Shown one piece after another: positions 41,403-54,185 of a stretch of DNA of 64,000 nt; within the stretch, counting starts at the first letter, position 1; each line of letters opens with the position of its first letter. The stretch lies in assembly GCA_963693365.1 (NCBI GenBank), contig CAVNZM010000015.1, positions 3,348,001-3,412,000 of the forward strand, written 5' to 3'. Below the pieces are notes generated by a model. That model made no database searches. It had not been told where the DNA came from and saw nothing but the letters and a program-made list of their open reading frames with translations. The position numbers and the translations under genes were made by a program. Origin of the DNA: Amoebidium appalachense. Its lineage: Eukaryota > Protista > Ichthyosporea.

Positions 41403-42070
41403 TGTGTGTGTGTGCGCGTGCGCTATAATTTTGTAGTGATGTGTTTCTCAAGCCAATCAATACATCTAATAAACAGGTCGTAGTTACGCGTGTTTAGTAT
41501 AAAATCAAGGATGTTGTAATTTACAGGTAGGCTATCTTTCTGGGTGTCTGTTGTGAATGTGACGTGTGTGTGTTGCGGTATTATGTGGTCTATCAAACTA
41601 CATTTGGCGATACATGACCGGTTAAACTGGTGTGTGTGTGTGTTGTTTGGGCATGCAAATGATGCCACCTTATACTTATTAGATCTCCACTGTATAGCAC
41701 GTGTACAGTAAAAGCGTGGTAATTGATCAATAATACTATCAGCTAGAGAAAGACCAGTTCTACAGGAAGGTAATATGTATTTAGGTGTTATACATTTGCG
41801 AGTGCCATATTTGGCAATATGGTTGAGGCGGTCAGTATATATAAAACGAGACATAAGGCTTAGTTTTTCAAGGTGTATGCTTTCATCGGGTCTAGTGTCG
41901 TGTGGTATCTTTTTCCATTTGTTATATTGCGTGATTATCTTGTGATTGTGTACATGTTTAATAAGTAAGCAATTCGATAGCTGCATTTGATTGGCTGCGC
42001 TGGAAAACGCAGTAGGCCGTCAAGTGAGGCTGGGCCCCTGTTGATGTCCGCAGCAAAGTGCATAAACCCC
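40836..42070. repeat. Pair of ~90-bp diverged direct repeats (40836-40930 and 41980-42070)
   Basis: gctgcatttgattggctg.gctggaaaacgcagtaggccgtc.a.tg.ggctgggcc...atgtcc...aaagtg..taaacccct occurs twice, ~1.15 kb apart. Confidence 0.85.
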
Positions 42071-43372
42071 TTATAAAATTATTGCAAGTCGTTATCTCCT
42101 CCATATCCGAGAGTGAGGGCATTTGTATTTTCTTCTCCGAGATATCGGTGATATCTCGATGGCTTCTATTTTGCTGAGCATATCAATAAAGTCAATATAT
42201 ATAGGTATATTTATATATAAAGAATTCTTTCCCCACGTCCCTCTTCATTAGTCGATCATCGGATGACGTCAGCACAATCAAGAGCATGGGCGCGCTTGTT
42301 GGGTCAAATTATTTCACAGTGAAGTCTTCTTGTAGACTACAGTCAAAGATAAAATGTAGGTAACGGTCGTGAGTAAAGAACGTTTACCCACGTATGTATG
42401 TTGGTCACACATGTATATAAAGACACACCAAGCCACAATGTTTTCACAGAGAACCTTTCCTTTGTGTGACTCGTAAACATCTACCCACACCTATTATTAG
42501 CTATTGTCCTTTCTTAGAACTCGAGTATTTTTCTTGTTCCCATCACCCTGTGCTCCACTGGTTTTTGACAGTGATCTGAGGAGCAACTGATAACGTCTAC
42601 CTGACAACATCAGCTGCATCCGAAACGCTGAGTCGAGGTAAGCACAAATTGCTAGAGTAGGACTAAGTGTGTGGTTCCTTTCATGTCAAACATAATGATA
42701 TGGAGTTGACCCACTTTCCCAGAAATTTGTTTGACATGTTTGCCAACACCAGGCAAATCTATTTGGCAATGCACATCACGGTGGTGCATCGTCGGGAATG
42801 CATGACACCTGTAGAAAACATTTGCACCGCTTCTGTGTAACGTGACGGTATTGTTCAGGCGTATAATTGAATAACGGGCTGTGTGTTTGTGTTTTTCTTG
42901 CACTTGCATCTCGTACGGCATTTACATGGTTGCACTTCTTTCACATGCAACTCGTAATGGGGTTTGGGAAGCGATGGTTGTAATACCGGGGTGCAAAACC
43001 TTTCACGTGTGCTTACAATTTTTTGTCCTTCACATGTAAGTTGGTATACGATTCAATGCTGCTGTAGTACCTCTGGTGTCTTCACCTCCGTAGTTCAGAC
43101 TTCTGGTTAGCATTAATGCTTGTCTCCTCTTTACTCTCTTGTTGAACTAAGGGAGTCTAGCATGGACGTTTTGGTGACTACACGCCCAGAATGATACGCT
43201 TCTTGAAGCATATTGTTGAGCAGGAACTACAAACCTGTGTGGGACTATTGTAGGCCCTTTTGCCTACACAGCCTTTTCGTTCATGTTATCCTTCTCACTG
43301 TGCATGTTTAGCCTGACGGTGCTCACCATATGCATTTAACAATGTGTGCACTAAGTGCAGGAGGTGACCAGA

Positions 43373-43870
43373 ATGAGCACTCAGCAGAACCAAGTAAGCC
43401 CCTACGAGACTGCACGGGACACTGAGGAAGCCAAAAAGACAACAATGGAGCAGCAGCCTGACACGGTAGCCTCGGGCACTCAGGAAGATACTTCGACCAT
43501 TCCCGTGAAGGTATTTAGGCTGTCCCTTAGCCATGTTTAAGGTATCCCTGCAGATACACGCATTTTCAATTTTGGGATATTCACTCTATTACAAAATAGC
43601 GTTGATTTTGCAGCCCAAACAGCTGGTCAGTGTTTGCTTTTTTTTGGGGGGGGGGGGGGGGGGGAGGGGGGGGGGGGGGGGGGGGGGGGAAGGGGGAGGC
43701 CAACTGAACGGAGGGGAAAATGCATGGGGGGAGGGGGGTGGGGGGTGGGGGTGGGGGGGGGGGGGGGGGGGGGGGGGAGGGTGCGAAGGATGGGATATTG
43801 GTTTGGTGACCTGTGTCTATGTTTGTGTACGTGTGGGGCGAAGGAGATGGCAGTAGTGGTGGTGGTGTTT

Positions 43871-43932
<62 letters not shown>

Positions 43933-45184
43933 GCGGGGTAAATTGGATCATGCCCCCTTGGACATTAGTTGGAAAAGGGGCAGTCTCACAATGGTGGGTT
44001 GACACGGAATGGGGGGGGGAAGGGGGGGGGGGGGGGGGGGACGAGGGGAGGGGGGTGGAGTGAGAGGTAGATGGAGAGCGATGAAGACAAAGTCACGATG
44101 GAGCAGAATCACGACTCTTTGGGACTTTTAAAAGGGAAGCCGTGTTGGTGTTTGTGTGCGCGCATGTGTGTGTGGTGGGGGGGAGCCGTGGGGGGGGGGG
44201 GGGGGGGGGGGGGACGGGGGGGGGCAGTTTTTCTTTTTCTTTTTTTTTTTGTCCCCTTTTTCTTTCTTTCTTTTTTTTTTTTGTTCTTTTTCCGATCTCT
44301 TTTTTTCTCTATTTCCTTTCTGGTAAGCAGGTTAAGGCAAGATGCAGAGTGGTCACGTCGAATGGGTAGGTTACAGGGAAGAGAGTGTCTTGCTCTTTGA
44401 TTGTGTTTATCTTCGCTTTTTCCCTTTCTTTTTGTTTTGCAGAAAATTTTTTGGAAGGAGGGGTGTGAATGGGGAGGGGGGGAGGAGAGAGGAGGAAAGG
44501 TAGTGGGCTCTTGGCTCATATCTGTGGGAAGTCCGTAATGTCTGATGATATTAATTATATTAATCAAAGGAGTGAAGATATAGTAGCATATCATGGTCCA
44601 GGGGTACAATCTTCAGTCAAGGCTGTGCTAGTATAAATATCCCATAGGATCTGTGAAGCCTTTTCATAGAGAGCAAAATGCCCATCTTTTCTAACAATTT
44701 CGCACCTTAAAACCCCCCACACCCGAAATTCAGGAGAAAAATTTTCATAGAGAAAATTGCCCATTTCTTTTTATATTTTCGCACCATAAAACCTCCCACG
44801 CCCGAAAATCAGGAGAAATTATGTCGTTTTTCTGATGTTTTTTCCCCTTTTCCAGGGCACTGATTACAGCCAGAGCACCACGGTAGACCTCGACAAAGAT
44901 TCGACCAATTGGAAACTTGTATTCGCTCACCAGCAGTGGGGCCAGCTGGTCACGTGCCTGATTATCATTGGCGGTTGCGGGGTTGCCTATTTTGGGTTTG
45001 AACCACACATTCAGCAGTTTGACTACACGCCAGTCAAGACAAACGACAACATAAATTTCCCCGATAAGACCTCTACGATTCCTGCCATATGGGCTGTCGT
45101 TCCACCGGTATCTTTGTTTGTGGTGAAGTGTGGATTCTATTTTTTGGTGGGAATATTCGGTTGACACACACGCACACCGGACCT

Positions 45185-45216
<32 letters not shown>

Positions 45217-45419
45217 CCCCCCCCCCCCCCCCCCCCCCCACACACACCGTGAGGCACATTCACACACATACACACAACCTCCCTTCCCCTGCTCCTTCGA
45301 AGAAATACCGTTGATGACGGGCTTTGTTCGACGGTCTTCTGCCTACCATTTGGGTTTGCAGTGCATTTCCTGCCACCCCGGGGGGAGGGGGTGGGGTGGG
45401 GGGGGGGGGGGGGGGGGGG

Positions 45420-45459
<40 letters not shown>

Positions 45460-46441
45460 GACGTGTCCGGGAGCTTTCTCTTTGTGTGTGGTGGGGCGGG
45501 GCAGGGGGGAGGGGGGGGGGAGATACACTACATCCGCTCGACTCGGGACGGGGAAATGGAATCATATGGAGGATATGAAGGGGACAACAAAACGAGAAAT
45601 GGAACGTAGTAGATTTGTGTGCGAGCGAGGAGGGGATATTCCTAGACTGCAGCCTGCACCTAGAAGAAATTTAGTTGCATTTTATATACTTTTCATTCTC
45701 ACCCTTCTCATCCCATATTACTCATACCTTCCCCCCTCCCACCCGCCCTCCCCCTTCTTTCCTCCCCCCACTCCCCTCTCCCACCCGCCCACCCTCGTCC
45801 CTCCCCGCCCATGAGCCAACACAGACAAACCTCCCTCCCTATCCCTCCCTCCCCCCCCCTCCCCCTCCCCCCCCCCCCTCCCCCTCCGCTCTCTCCCCCT
45901 CCCCCCCCCCCCCCCCTCTCTGCCACCGACATTCACTCCCTCTCTCTCTGCAACCCCCCCCCCCCCCCCCCCCCCCCAGCTCGTTGCCATGGTAATCAAC
46001 ATCTTTGTGGTGGAGTTCTACCATCTCGGTCAGGCCCACTGCTATCCCACATTCAAGTGGCAGGCTGCCATACACTACCTGTTTGGAGGTTTCTCGGGTT
46101 TCTTTGTTGTCACGTTCTGCCAACAGGTATGTTCGGATCTCTTTGTGTCTCTCTCTTTCCGATTTCGGGTTTGTCATTTTTGTGACGTTTTGAAGTATGT
46201 CCTTTGGTGTCTCCTCCATATCGCCAACCCTCTAACGCATACATCACCCCCCCCCCCCCCCCCCCCCCCCCCCCCTTTGCCACCTCCTCAAATCACTCAC
46301 ACATGCATACGCCACCACACACATACACATACACCCATTTGGGCGCGCGCGCACACACACACGCACACGCACACACACACGCACACGCACACGCACACAC
46401 GCACATGCACACGCGCGTGCACACACACACACAAATGCGTG

Positions 46442-46479
<38 letters not shown>

Positions 46480-46690
46480 ACACCACACACGCATATGCAC
46501 GCGCGCGCACACACACACAAACCCGCCACCAGTATAAACAAACAAAACCAAAAGAGAGGAAAACAAAGATAACGAAACGAAAAGAACCGATGCGGGAGTG
46601 AACAAACGAAACTGTTAAAAAGAAAATATGCACGTAGACTGACAAAAAGTAAAATTAAGGCCTCCTTTTCCCTCTCCCCGCTCCCCCCCC

Positions 46691-46721
<31 letters not shown>

Positions 46722-47026
46722 ACGCACATGTACACCACCACCACCACCACCACCACCACCACCACCACCATCTTCGTAAGCACACCCCCTCCCCCCCCTT
46801 CTCCCCTCACCCCTTCCCCGCCACCAAATCCCGTATTCTTCTCCACCACCTGGATTTGTTTTTTTCCCAAGACTTCATTGGGTTCCAAGCCACCCACACA
46901 CATCAAAAAGCACACATTGGCGTGCACACACCCGTCACACACTTGATACACGCACACACGGATACGCGCGCACGCATGCATGCACGCACATGCACGCGAA
47001 CACACACACATACACGCGCGCGCGTG

Positions 47027-47061
<35 letters not shown>

Positions 47062-47102
47062 GCACAAACATAAACACGCTCACCCACACAAACACACAGA
47101 CG

Positions 47103-47138
<36 letters not shown>

Positions 47139-47766
47139 TCTACCCACCCACCCACACATATATCACAATCCTCTCCCACAATTCCATTTCAACTTTGCCC
47201 CTCTCGCTCCCTCACGCCCCATCACGCTCCATTAAACCCAAACTGTTCATCAGATTTTCGCTCTTCAAGCCGGTGAGCTCCGACCCGACTTCGTTGCCAT
47301 CTGCCAACCTCAATTCATCAACAGTACGTGGGTGTGCACCAACCCAGACACCTCATCCGTTGAAGACGCCCGGAAAACATTTTTCAGCGGCCACGCCAGC
47401 TCCGCTTCCTACGGCGCCGTTTTCTCCTTCCTCTACGTGCTTGTCTCCCTTGGGAGCAGGTTTAACAGGGCTCGCAAGAACAACCCTTCTCTTCAGTCCG
47501 TCCCCAACGGAAACGCGTGCGTGAAACAAACTGTAGACGCTCTGTGGCTCGCGTGGCTCCTTGCATGGATTTGTTTCGCAATTGCTGTCGGCGTGACTCG
47601 GATCACAGACTATAGGCACCGCGCAGTCGATGTTACAGCGGGGTTGTTTATGGGAAGTTTGTTTGCGTCCATTTTCTTTTTTTAAGACTTATGCATACCA
47701 TGATAGGACTGTTTGGGGCCTGGGAAGTGCGACGGTGAGAGCGGTTTCGCAAGCAAAGGAAGCGTG
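43373..47766 (+). CDS. PAP2-superfamily lipid phosphate phosphatase-like membrane protein, 4 exons
   Basis: Exons 43373-43510, 44856-45122, 45980-46126, 47254-47685 (to ~47766 if one T is removed from the T-run at 47677-47683). Motifs [37 protein letters not shown] and multiple hydrophobic helices. Confidence 0.9.
46155..46246. repeat. Intronic dispersed repeat family A, copy 3 (reverse complement of copies 1 and 2)
   Basis: ttttgtgacgtttt..cctttggtgtctcctccatatcgccaaccctctaacgcatacatc. Confidence 0.8.
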
Positions 47767-47778
47767 AAAAATCCCCCC

Positions 47779-47811
<33 letters not shown>

Positions 47812-48805
47812 CACACACCACCACAACACCACCACCACGGGGTTGCCCCATTGCACAGTTGAGCACGCTTTCATAATTAATTGGTGTTGTAATGAAGTCC
47901 TTTGTATACACAGTCCAAGTCAAAGTTCAAAGTTATCGACATTCCGTAAAAGTTTTCCGCGCACATTCCGTGTATAAGACTTCTGATTTAGCCTCACACA
48001 TTTTATATACCATCATAAGTTTTGGGACAGACGCGTCGGCTTTCTTTGACCATGAAGCAAGGTGGCACCCACGATTTCTTCATGTAATTATGTATGGCTA
48101 CTATTCGCAATATATAAGAAAAGTGCATGAGGAACCGATCAGTGTCAACATGTTGCTAAAGACGCCACAATGCTTGGCTGTGTTTTTTTCTACGCCACAC
48201 ATAGACCTTGGCATTTTTCACTGGTTTATTGGTTTGATCGGCGGCTGGAATTTGTTTTGTCCATGCACTATGGCAGGGAACACAGTTGTGAAGGACACTG
48301 AAGTATTATCAGACGGTAGATGCCATGTGGTATGGAGGGTGCCAACGAGAAGGCCTGCAGTAATATGTATTTCGAGAGTCTGCTAACTGGTGTAAACTAT
48401 TTGTTCCACTTGTGCATGATTATTGCATACCATTTGTGCATAGTCATAAGGATTCGCATCCACAAGTGACATCATCCAATCTCAAAAGGTGTTGTAAAGA
48501 ATTGAGTGGAGCCTTGAGCACAGCGCGACACTGCCAACTGTCGAGTTTCCACACCTTGTAATGATATCCGAAGGGGTATGCATATGTTCTCGTACAAGAC
48601 GAAATGCTCAAAATAATGTAACAAATATTCGGCTGGTGCACGTGATGCACGACCTATTGTGATAAGGCATAGTGGTGGGGATCAAATAAACCTGAACCTG
48701 AGACTTGAAAACAGAAAGAAATTTTTTAAAGGAAGGGGGTCCTATAATTTGGAGAAACTGTGCAACCACGTCACGGTGAAATGTCTATGTAAAAACAAGA
48801 CTCCC

Positions 48806-48836
<31 letters not shown>

Positions 48837-48849
48837 AAAAAATAATAAT

Positions 48850-48880
<31 letters not shown>

Positions 48881-49517
48881 GGGGGGGAGAAGAGGGGAAG
48901 GATTCGGGGGGGGGGGGGGGGGGGGGGAGGATCTGAGCTAATGGGGTGGACTATCAGTCATGCATCTGTGCTTTAGAATTCTTAATTAACACTTTAATTT
49001 GAAGTCTGAGCTTTACTTCCAACCTTAAATTATGTAATGACTTGCATTACTCTATTCCAATCTCACCCTTGCTAGCTGAATCTTCACTGCATGTCCCACA
49101 GATTATATTTGGAGTTATTTTACAAACATCCACCACCAAACAGGCATTCATCACGGCAATATATTTTGACTGAGTCAGACCATAAATTAAGGTATACACT
49201 AGTACTGCTACTCACCATTCCATAGCTCTGAGTCTATTTATACATTTAAAATTCACGCACATTTGGCGCAAAACAGCCAATCACCGCGGTAGGGTGTGCC
49301 CGGAGCGCTGCCCATGAGCCAGCCTACGCCGTTCGCTCCCTTGTCGATTATCTCCGAAGAGAGCTGCAAGAAAAATTGGGAGGCACGTGTCAGAAAGACC
49401 GTGTGGCAGATAGACCATGGTCCTGTCCTGTTTGCGCATTTCCTGTCTATGTAGTGTGTGTAGGAAACACCTTGCCCCCATTTATGCACACTACTACATA
49501 TGGGGGCGCGGCACCCC

Positions 49518-49553
49518 GTGGATGTGACGTCACAGGTGTGACGTCACATCCAC
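49518..49553. promoter_or_regulatory. Perfect 17-bp inverted repeat containing two TGTGACGTCACA (CRE/ATF-like) palindromes
   Basis: gtggatgtgacgtcaca-gg-tgtgacgtcacatccac. Confidence 0.75.
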
Positions 49554-49829
49554 ACGGTCCCGCAGCCCCCAAAGATATGGCATATGTGGATATGAGGTGT
49601 GTGATATCTGTGTATATCGCGACATGGGATATGAGATATGGGTGGATATATGTACAGGAGCACGTGCACACACTGTGTGTGTGCAAAACACGTGCAGCGC
49701 ACGTGGTTTTAATTAAAAAATTAAATAGAGAGGGCGGAACACGTGTACGCGTACGTGTACGCGTACATGTGGTGCGCACACGTACAGGTGCTGCGGATCC
49801 AAGGAATGCGAGAATTCTGAATTCCGGCG

Positions 49830-49997
49830 AAAACTGACCAATGGGAATTCGAATCCTGAATTCAATGGGAAACTGACCAATGGAAATAGTCGCCCAATGG
49901 GAATTAAGAGGCGAAAAAGCAAATTTGCCGGAACAATGACCAATCAGAACGCGTAAGCCGAAATCTGTACATTCCATCCCGAAACTGACCAATAGGA
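49830..49997 (+). promoter_or_regulatory. Cluster of five CCAAT-containing repeats (aactgaccaatgg-type) upstream of the viral-like ORF
   Basis: Copies near 49831, 49870, 49891, 49935, 49981. Confidence 0.65.
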
Positions 49998-50285
49998 CCG
50001 CGAATGGCTCATTGTTTTTGGTAAACAGAGGCGGCCGGCCGGCGGCGGCCAGACACGCGCACAGACTTGTTGTTTTTGCGTACTGCTTCGTGAGATTTGG
50101 AGAGATTTTTGCTTTTGAGATTTCACTGGGCTTTGAGATTTAATAGACACAGGCACAGAGACGTTATTTTGCATGCTGTTTTTTATTGAGGCATTGCTCT
50201 GGCACAGCCAGGCTAGCAACCATCGATTAGATTGATACTTGAGATTTATAAGATTACAGCCTGAGATCTAAGGTTACCATTCAAG

Positions 50286-51786
50286 ATATTCAGCGAGAGC
50301 CAGGAAGAGTTTGAAGATGATCTGTTGCGGGCACTGGATGCCGACCCGCAGCAGGTCCTGCAGGCCCACCCCTTCCTGCAGGCCATGTTGGCCCCACCAC
50401 CCCCACCCCCACCCCCTCCCCGGCCAGCCCCCCGCCCCCGCCCCCATCAATCACCCCGATGACCCCCAGATCATTGCCATGCCGGCCGAGGGCAACTGGC
50501 GACTGCGTTCCCGTGTAGATGACATGCAGGCACGGGGACTGGGTGTGCGTGGCCACACCCTCGAGTACCAACCCCTGCGCACCCTTGACGTGACTGAGTT
50601 CCCCCAGTTTTTTGCAGCCATGCTGTTCGATGCCATGGCCCGTGCAGATGTGCAGGCGGGGGACATGCTGATTGTGCGTATCATCAGCCTGCACGTGCAG
50701 GCCAACGGTGTGGACAACCAGATGGGGGATGATGGCAACCCCAACGCCGACGTGACCAACCGTCGTGTGTTTACTGCCGGCCCCATGGAGGTGTTCAATG
50801 GTGATGTCAACGCCGTGGTGCTCAAGCTGATGGAGAACATACGGCAACGCACCCAGAGTGCAGCCGAGACCTTCATGGACGGCAGATCCACCGTGCATCT
50901 GACGGTGGCCCGACCCCAGGACATGGTGAGGAGGGGGGCCTGCGGGTCCCTGTCCACCACCACGGGGGTGAATGCACGGTGGCTGCAGGATCTGGTGGAG
51001 GCCAAGGCCGTGGTGGATGTGACCGCCCTCGTGCAGGCTGCCTGCAGCACCGACGACCCACAGGTGACCGGGGAGAGGGCCCTCGACCACCAGCAGCTGC
51101 ACGGCTTTGCCTACGGCCCCAACTGTGCCCAGCTGTGCCTGTTGTACAGCATGGTGATGTGGGTGAAGAAGGCAGCCAATGGCAACGAGCAGGCCAGCCT
51201 GCCCACCGAGCACACACGCAAGGTGCTGGGCAAGGGGGGCAACCTCATGGATCGCAAGGACCACCACGTGCTGTGCCACCTGCTGACCCCGGAGGAGGTG
51301 TTGGGGGCCGGCAACACGACCCTGGGGGTGTCGAGATCTTCCGGCTGTGGGGTGTGCAACCTGCTACTCCCCCCCACAGATCCAAGGAGCCACCACCAAG
51401 ACCGTTACCTGCGGAGATTGGTGAGGGCAACCCGAGTGCTGTGGACCAAGTACGACCTGCCTGTGCCTGCAGAGGACGGCCTGACGGTGGATGAGCTGGG
51501 GGCAGCCGTGGATGCCCTCAACACAGCCATTGCCGAGCAGCCTGAGTCAGTCACCCGCGTGCGGCTGGTGGTGGTGGACATGGACAGCGGGGCCAAAGTG
51601 CTACGCCGGTACGGGGACCTGAGCATGGCCCTGCCCCCCTCCAAGCTGTGCACCATGTACTTGGCCCACTCCCAGAAGCTGGGCCACTTCACGGCCATCA
51701 CCTCCAGTGTCAGCACGACCATCGAGCGCCTACGACACAGCAACCACACGGGGGAGGCACGACGGAACCTCAGCACCTGCTACTAC
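50286..51786 (+). CDS. Truncated N-terminal region (terminal protein / vOTU-like) of a Polinton/adintovirus-type protein-primed DNA polymerase B
   Basis: Intronless, strong C/G third-position bias. The order NCAQLCLL ... RLVRATRVLWTKYDLPVP..GLTVDELG ... VRLVVVD ... MYLAH..GHFTAITS ... TCYY follows the remembered Polinton pPolB pattern (C-L..A-I; L...G.p...gleEi..f; i.vv; iyL...gHf.vI.s; C..C). The N-terminus (FSESQEEFEDDLLRALDADPQQVLQAHPFLQAML) is in another frame, joined across the C-rich run at ~50395-50445. The ORF-track tail beyond 51786 is host read-through. Confidence 0.6.
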
Positions 51787-52037
51787 CCTCTGTCCTCCAT
51801 CTCACCCCCAACCCCACCCAGCTCTGAAGGAACAACAGTTGTAAACAGACTATGTACGCTGTCAGACTATCAGGGGATTAGGGGATTATGTTCTCTTTCT
51901 GCAACGATTTTCCACAGACCCCCCCCCCCCCCCCTCCCCCTCCCCCCCGGCCCCCCCACTCCCCTTCCTAAAATGCACACAGGCACACATGCAAGTAAGC
52001 GCACGCACGCACACCCACAGCCGCACACACACGCGCG

Positions 52038-52069
<32 letters not shown>

Positions 52070-52209
52070 TCCGGTTGTATCCCTCGCTTATAAAAATGTG
52101 ATTCATGTTGTTCTAATAGAGTTTTGCCGGCAGGTGAAACAGCGGGCACAAGCATTTCTGGAACAGCTGTGGGAGCTAGCAGGTGCGTGTGCGTGTGTGT
52201 GTGTGTGTG

Positions 52210-52253
<44 letters not shown>

Positions 52254-52312
52254 TGAGCGAGTGTGTGTGTGTGAGTGTGTGAGTGTGTGTGTGTGAGTGT
52301 GTGAGTGTGCGT

Positions 52313-52353
<41 letters not shown>

Positions 52354-52801
52354 TGTGTGTGGGTGTGTGTGAGTGTGTGTGGGTATGGGTGTGTGTGTGT
52401 ACGTGGGTGGGTGGGTGGGTGGGTGGGTGGGGGTGGGTGTGTGTGGGGGGGGGGGGGGGGGGGGGGGTATGGGTGGGTGGGTGGGTGTGTGGGTGGGTGG
52501 GGGGAGGGTGTGTGTGTGTGTGTGTGTGTATGTGGTGTGCGAAAAAAAAGGTGAGGGGGAGGGGAGTAAGGGGGTAGGATAGCGATTTCTGACTCATGCT
52601 GTGAAAACAACACCACCAGGCCCCAGTATACGGCACATAGGGGTTGGCAGCCATTCAGGGTTCATACAGGCACTGCTTGCCCAGGTTGGGCATGTGGGCT
52701 ACAGGCCTATGAATGCTGAGATGATCCCTGTGGTCTTAAGGTGTGTGGGTGATTTGTGGGGTTTTGGATTTTGTTTTTTTTTTTTTTTTTGTTTTGTTTT
52801 G

Positions 52802-52860
<59 letters not shown>

Positions 52861-53115
52861 GGGGGGTTTGGTGGTTGTTTTGATTTGGCTGTGGGTTTTG
52901 GTGGTTGGATTTTTTTTTTTTTTTTTTTTTTTTTGGCCCCTTGAAATTAGGTTCGTGTTGTATTGTTTTCGGTGTGGTGTTGTGGGATACGGGCCTATGA
53001 ACTCAGAGATGGTCCCTGTGGTATTTAGGTACGTGGGTGGTGGTGTGTGGTTATTTAGGTTTTGGTGTTGGATTTCTCGTGGTTTTTTTTTTTTTTTTTT
53101 TTTCCTTTTTCTTTG

Positions 53116-53247
<132 letters not shown>

Positions 53248-53424
53248 TTATGGGTTGGATTATTTTTTTTTATTTTTTATTTTTTATTTTTGGCTTTTTT
53301 TGAATTTGGCATCGTGTGGTACTGTTTATATTGGTCGGGCTTGTGGGATACGGGCCTATGAAGACGGATATGGTCCCTATGGTGTTAAGGCCCATGGTGT
53401 TTTTGGGTTCTGGATTTCTGTGTT

Positions 53425-54185
53425 TAATTGGGTGGGTATAAATGTGTATAGTAGTAGGTGTTTATAAGTATGTAAGTGGGTTTGTATAGATGTGTAAGTG
53501 TGTGTGTCTGTGTGGGGGGGGATGTGTGTATGTGTGGGGGGAAGGGGGGTGAGGGTGGAGGGGGGTTGATGTTTAAATGCGGGGGGGGGGGGGGGAGGAA
53601 TGTAAAGTTGTTGTATAAGTGGGTGTGTATAAATATATCAAATGAGAGACAAAAAGACACCAGTTGGTAAGTATAAATCTGGACGTGGATGTGGATAGTG
53701 GGTGTGTATAAATATATCAAATGAGAGGCAAAAAGACACCAGTTGGTAAGTATAAATCTGGACGTGGATGTGGATAAATGCATGAGTGATTTGTGTAAGT
53801 ATACACTCATGTGGGAACAATGTCGAAGTGGGTGTGTACAAATGTATGAATGGGTGCCTCCATATGTGTCAGGTAGAAATGTAAAAATGGGGGTATGTAT
53901 AAATGTTTAAGTGGATTGGTGTATGTCTATGTGGTGTGAATAAATATGTAATGGATGTGTATGAATAACGGATGTGTAGAAGTCCATTTGTGGGTGGGTA
54001 TATGTGCAAAATGGATGCTTATAAATTTGTAACTTGGTGCGTGTAAATTCATAAGGGGGTGGGTATAAATGTATAGTGGATATGTATAAAAATCTTAAGT
54101 ATAAGTGGGTGCGTATAAATGTCTAAGTGGCCACGTTTTCATGCATGAGCGTGTTCGTATAAATGTTTGGCTGGTATAAATGTTA
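53425..54185. repeat. Degenerate minisatellite (gtgggtgtgtataaatgt-like) with a near-perfect 2 x ~80-bp duplication at ~53618-53776
   Basis: Directly visible. Confidence 0.8.

Larger units (their letters stand above)
49491..51786 (+). mobile_element. Truncated Polinton/adintovirus-like endogenous viral element end, bounded by CTACTAC direct repeats
   Basis: CTACTAC at 49491-49497 and 51780-51786. Abrupt switch to microsatellite-poor sequence. Non-coding end with palindromes and CCAAT repeats, followed by an intronless GC3-rich ORF cut at the second CTACTAC. Confidence 0.6.

Noticed and set aside
42650-43050. Cys-rich minus-strand fragment (PCKCRTRCKCKK), possibly CXC-like
   Set aside because: Short and stop-interrupted; no family can be supported.
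50290-51279. 329-aa minus-strand ORF and other ORFs overlapping 50311-51786
   Set aside because: Antisense shadows of a GC3-rich coding sequence.
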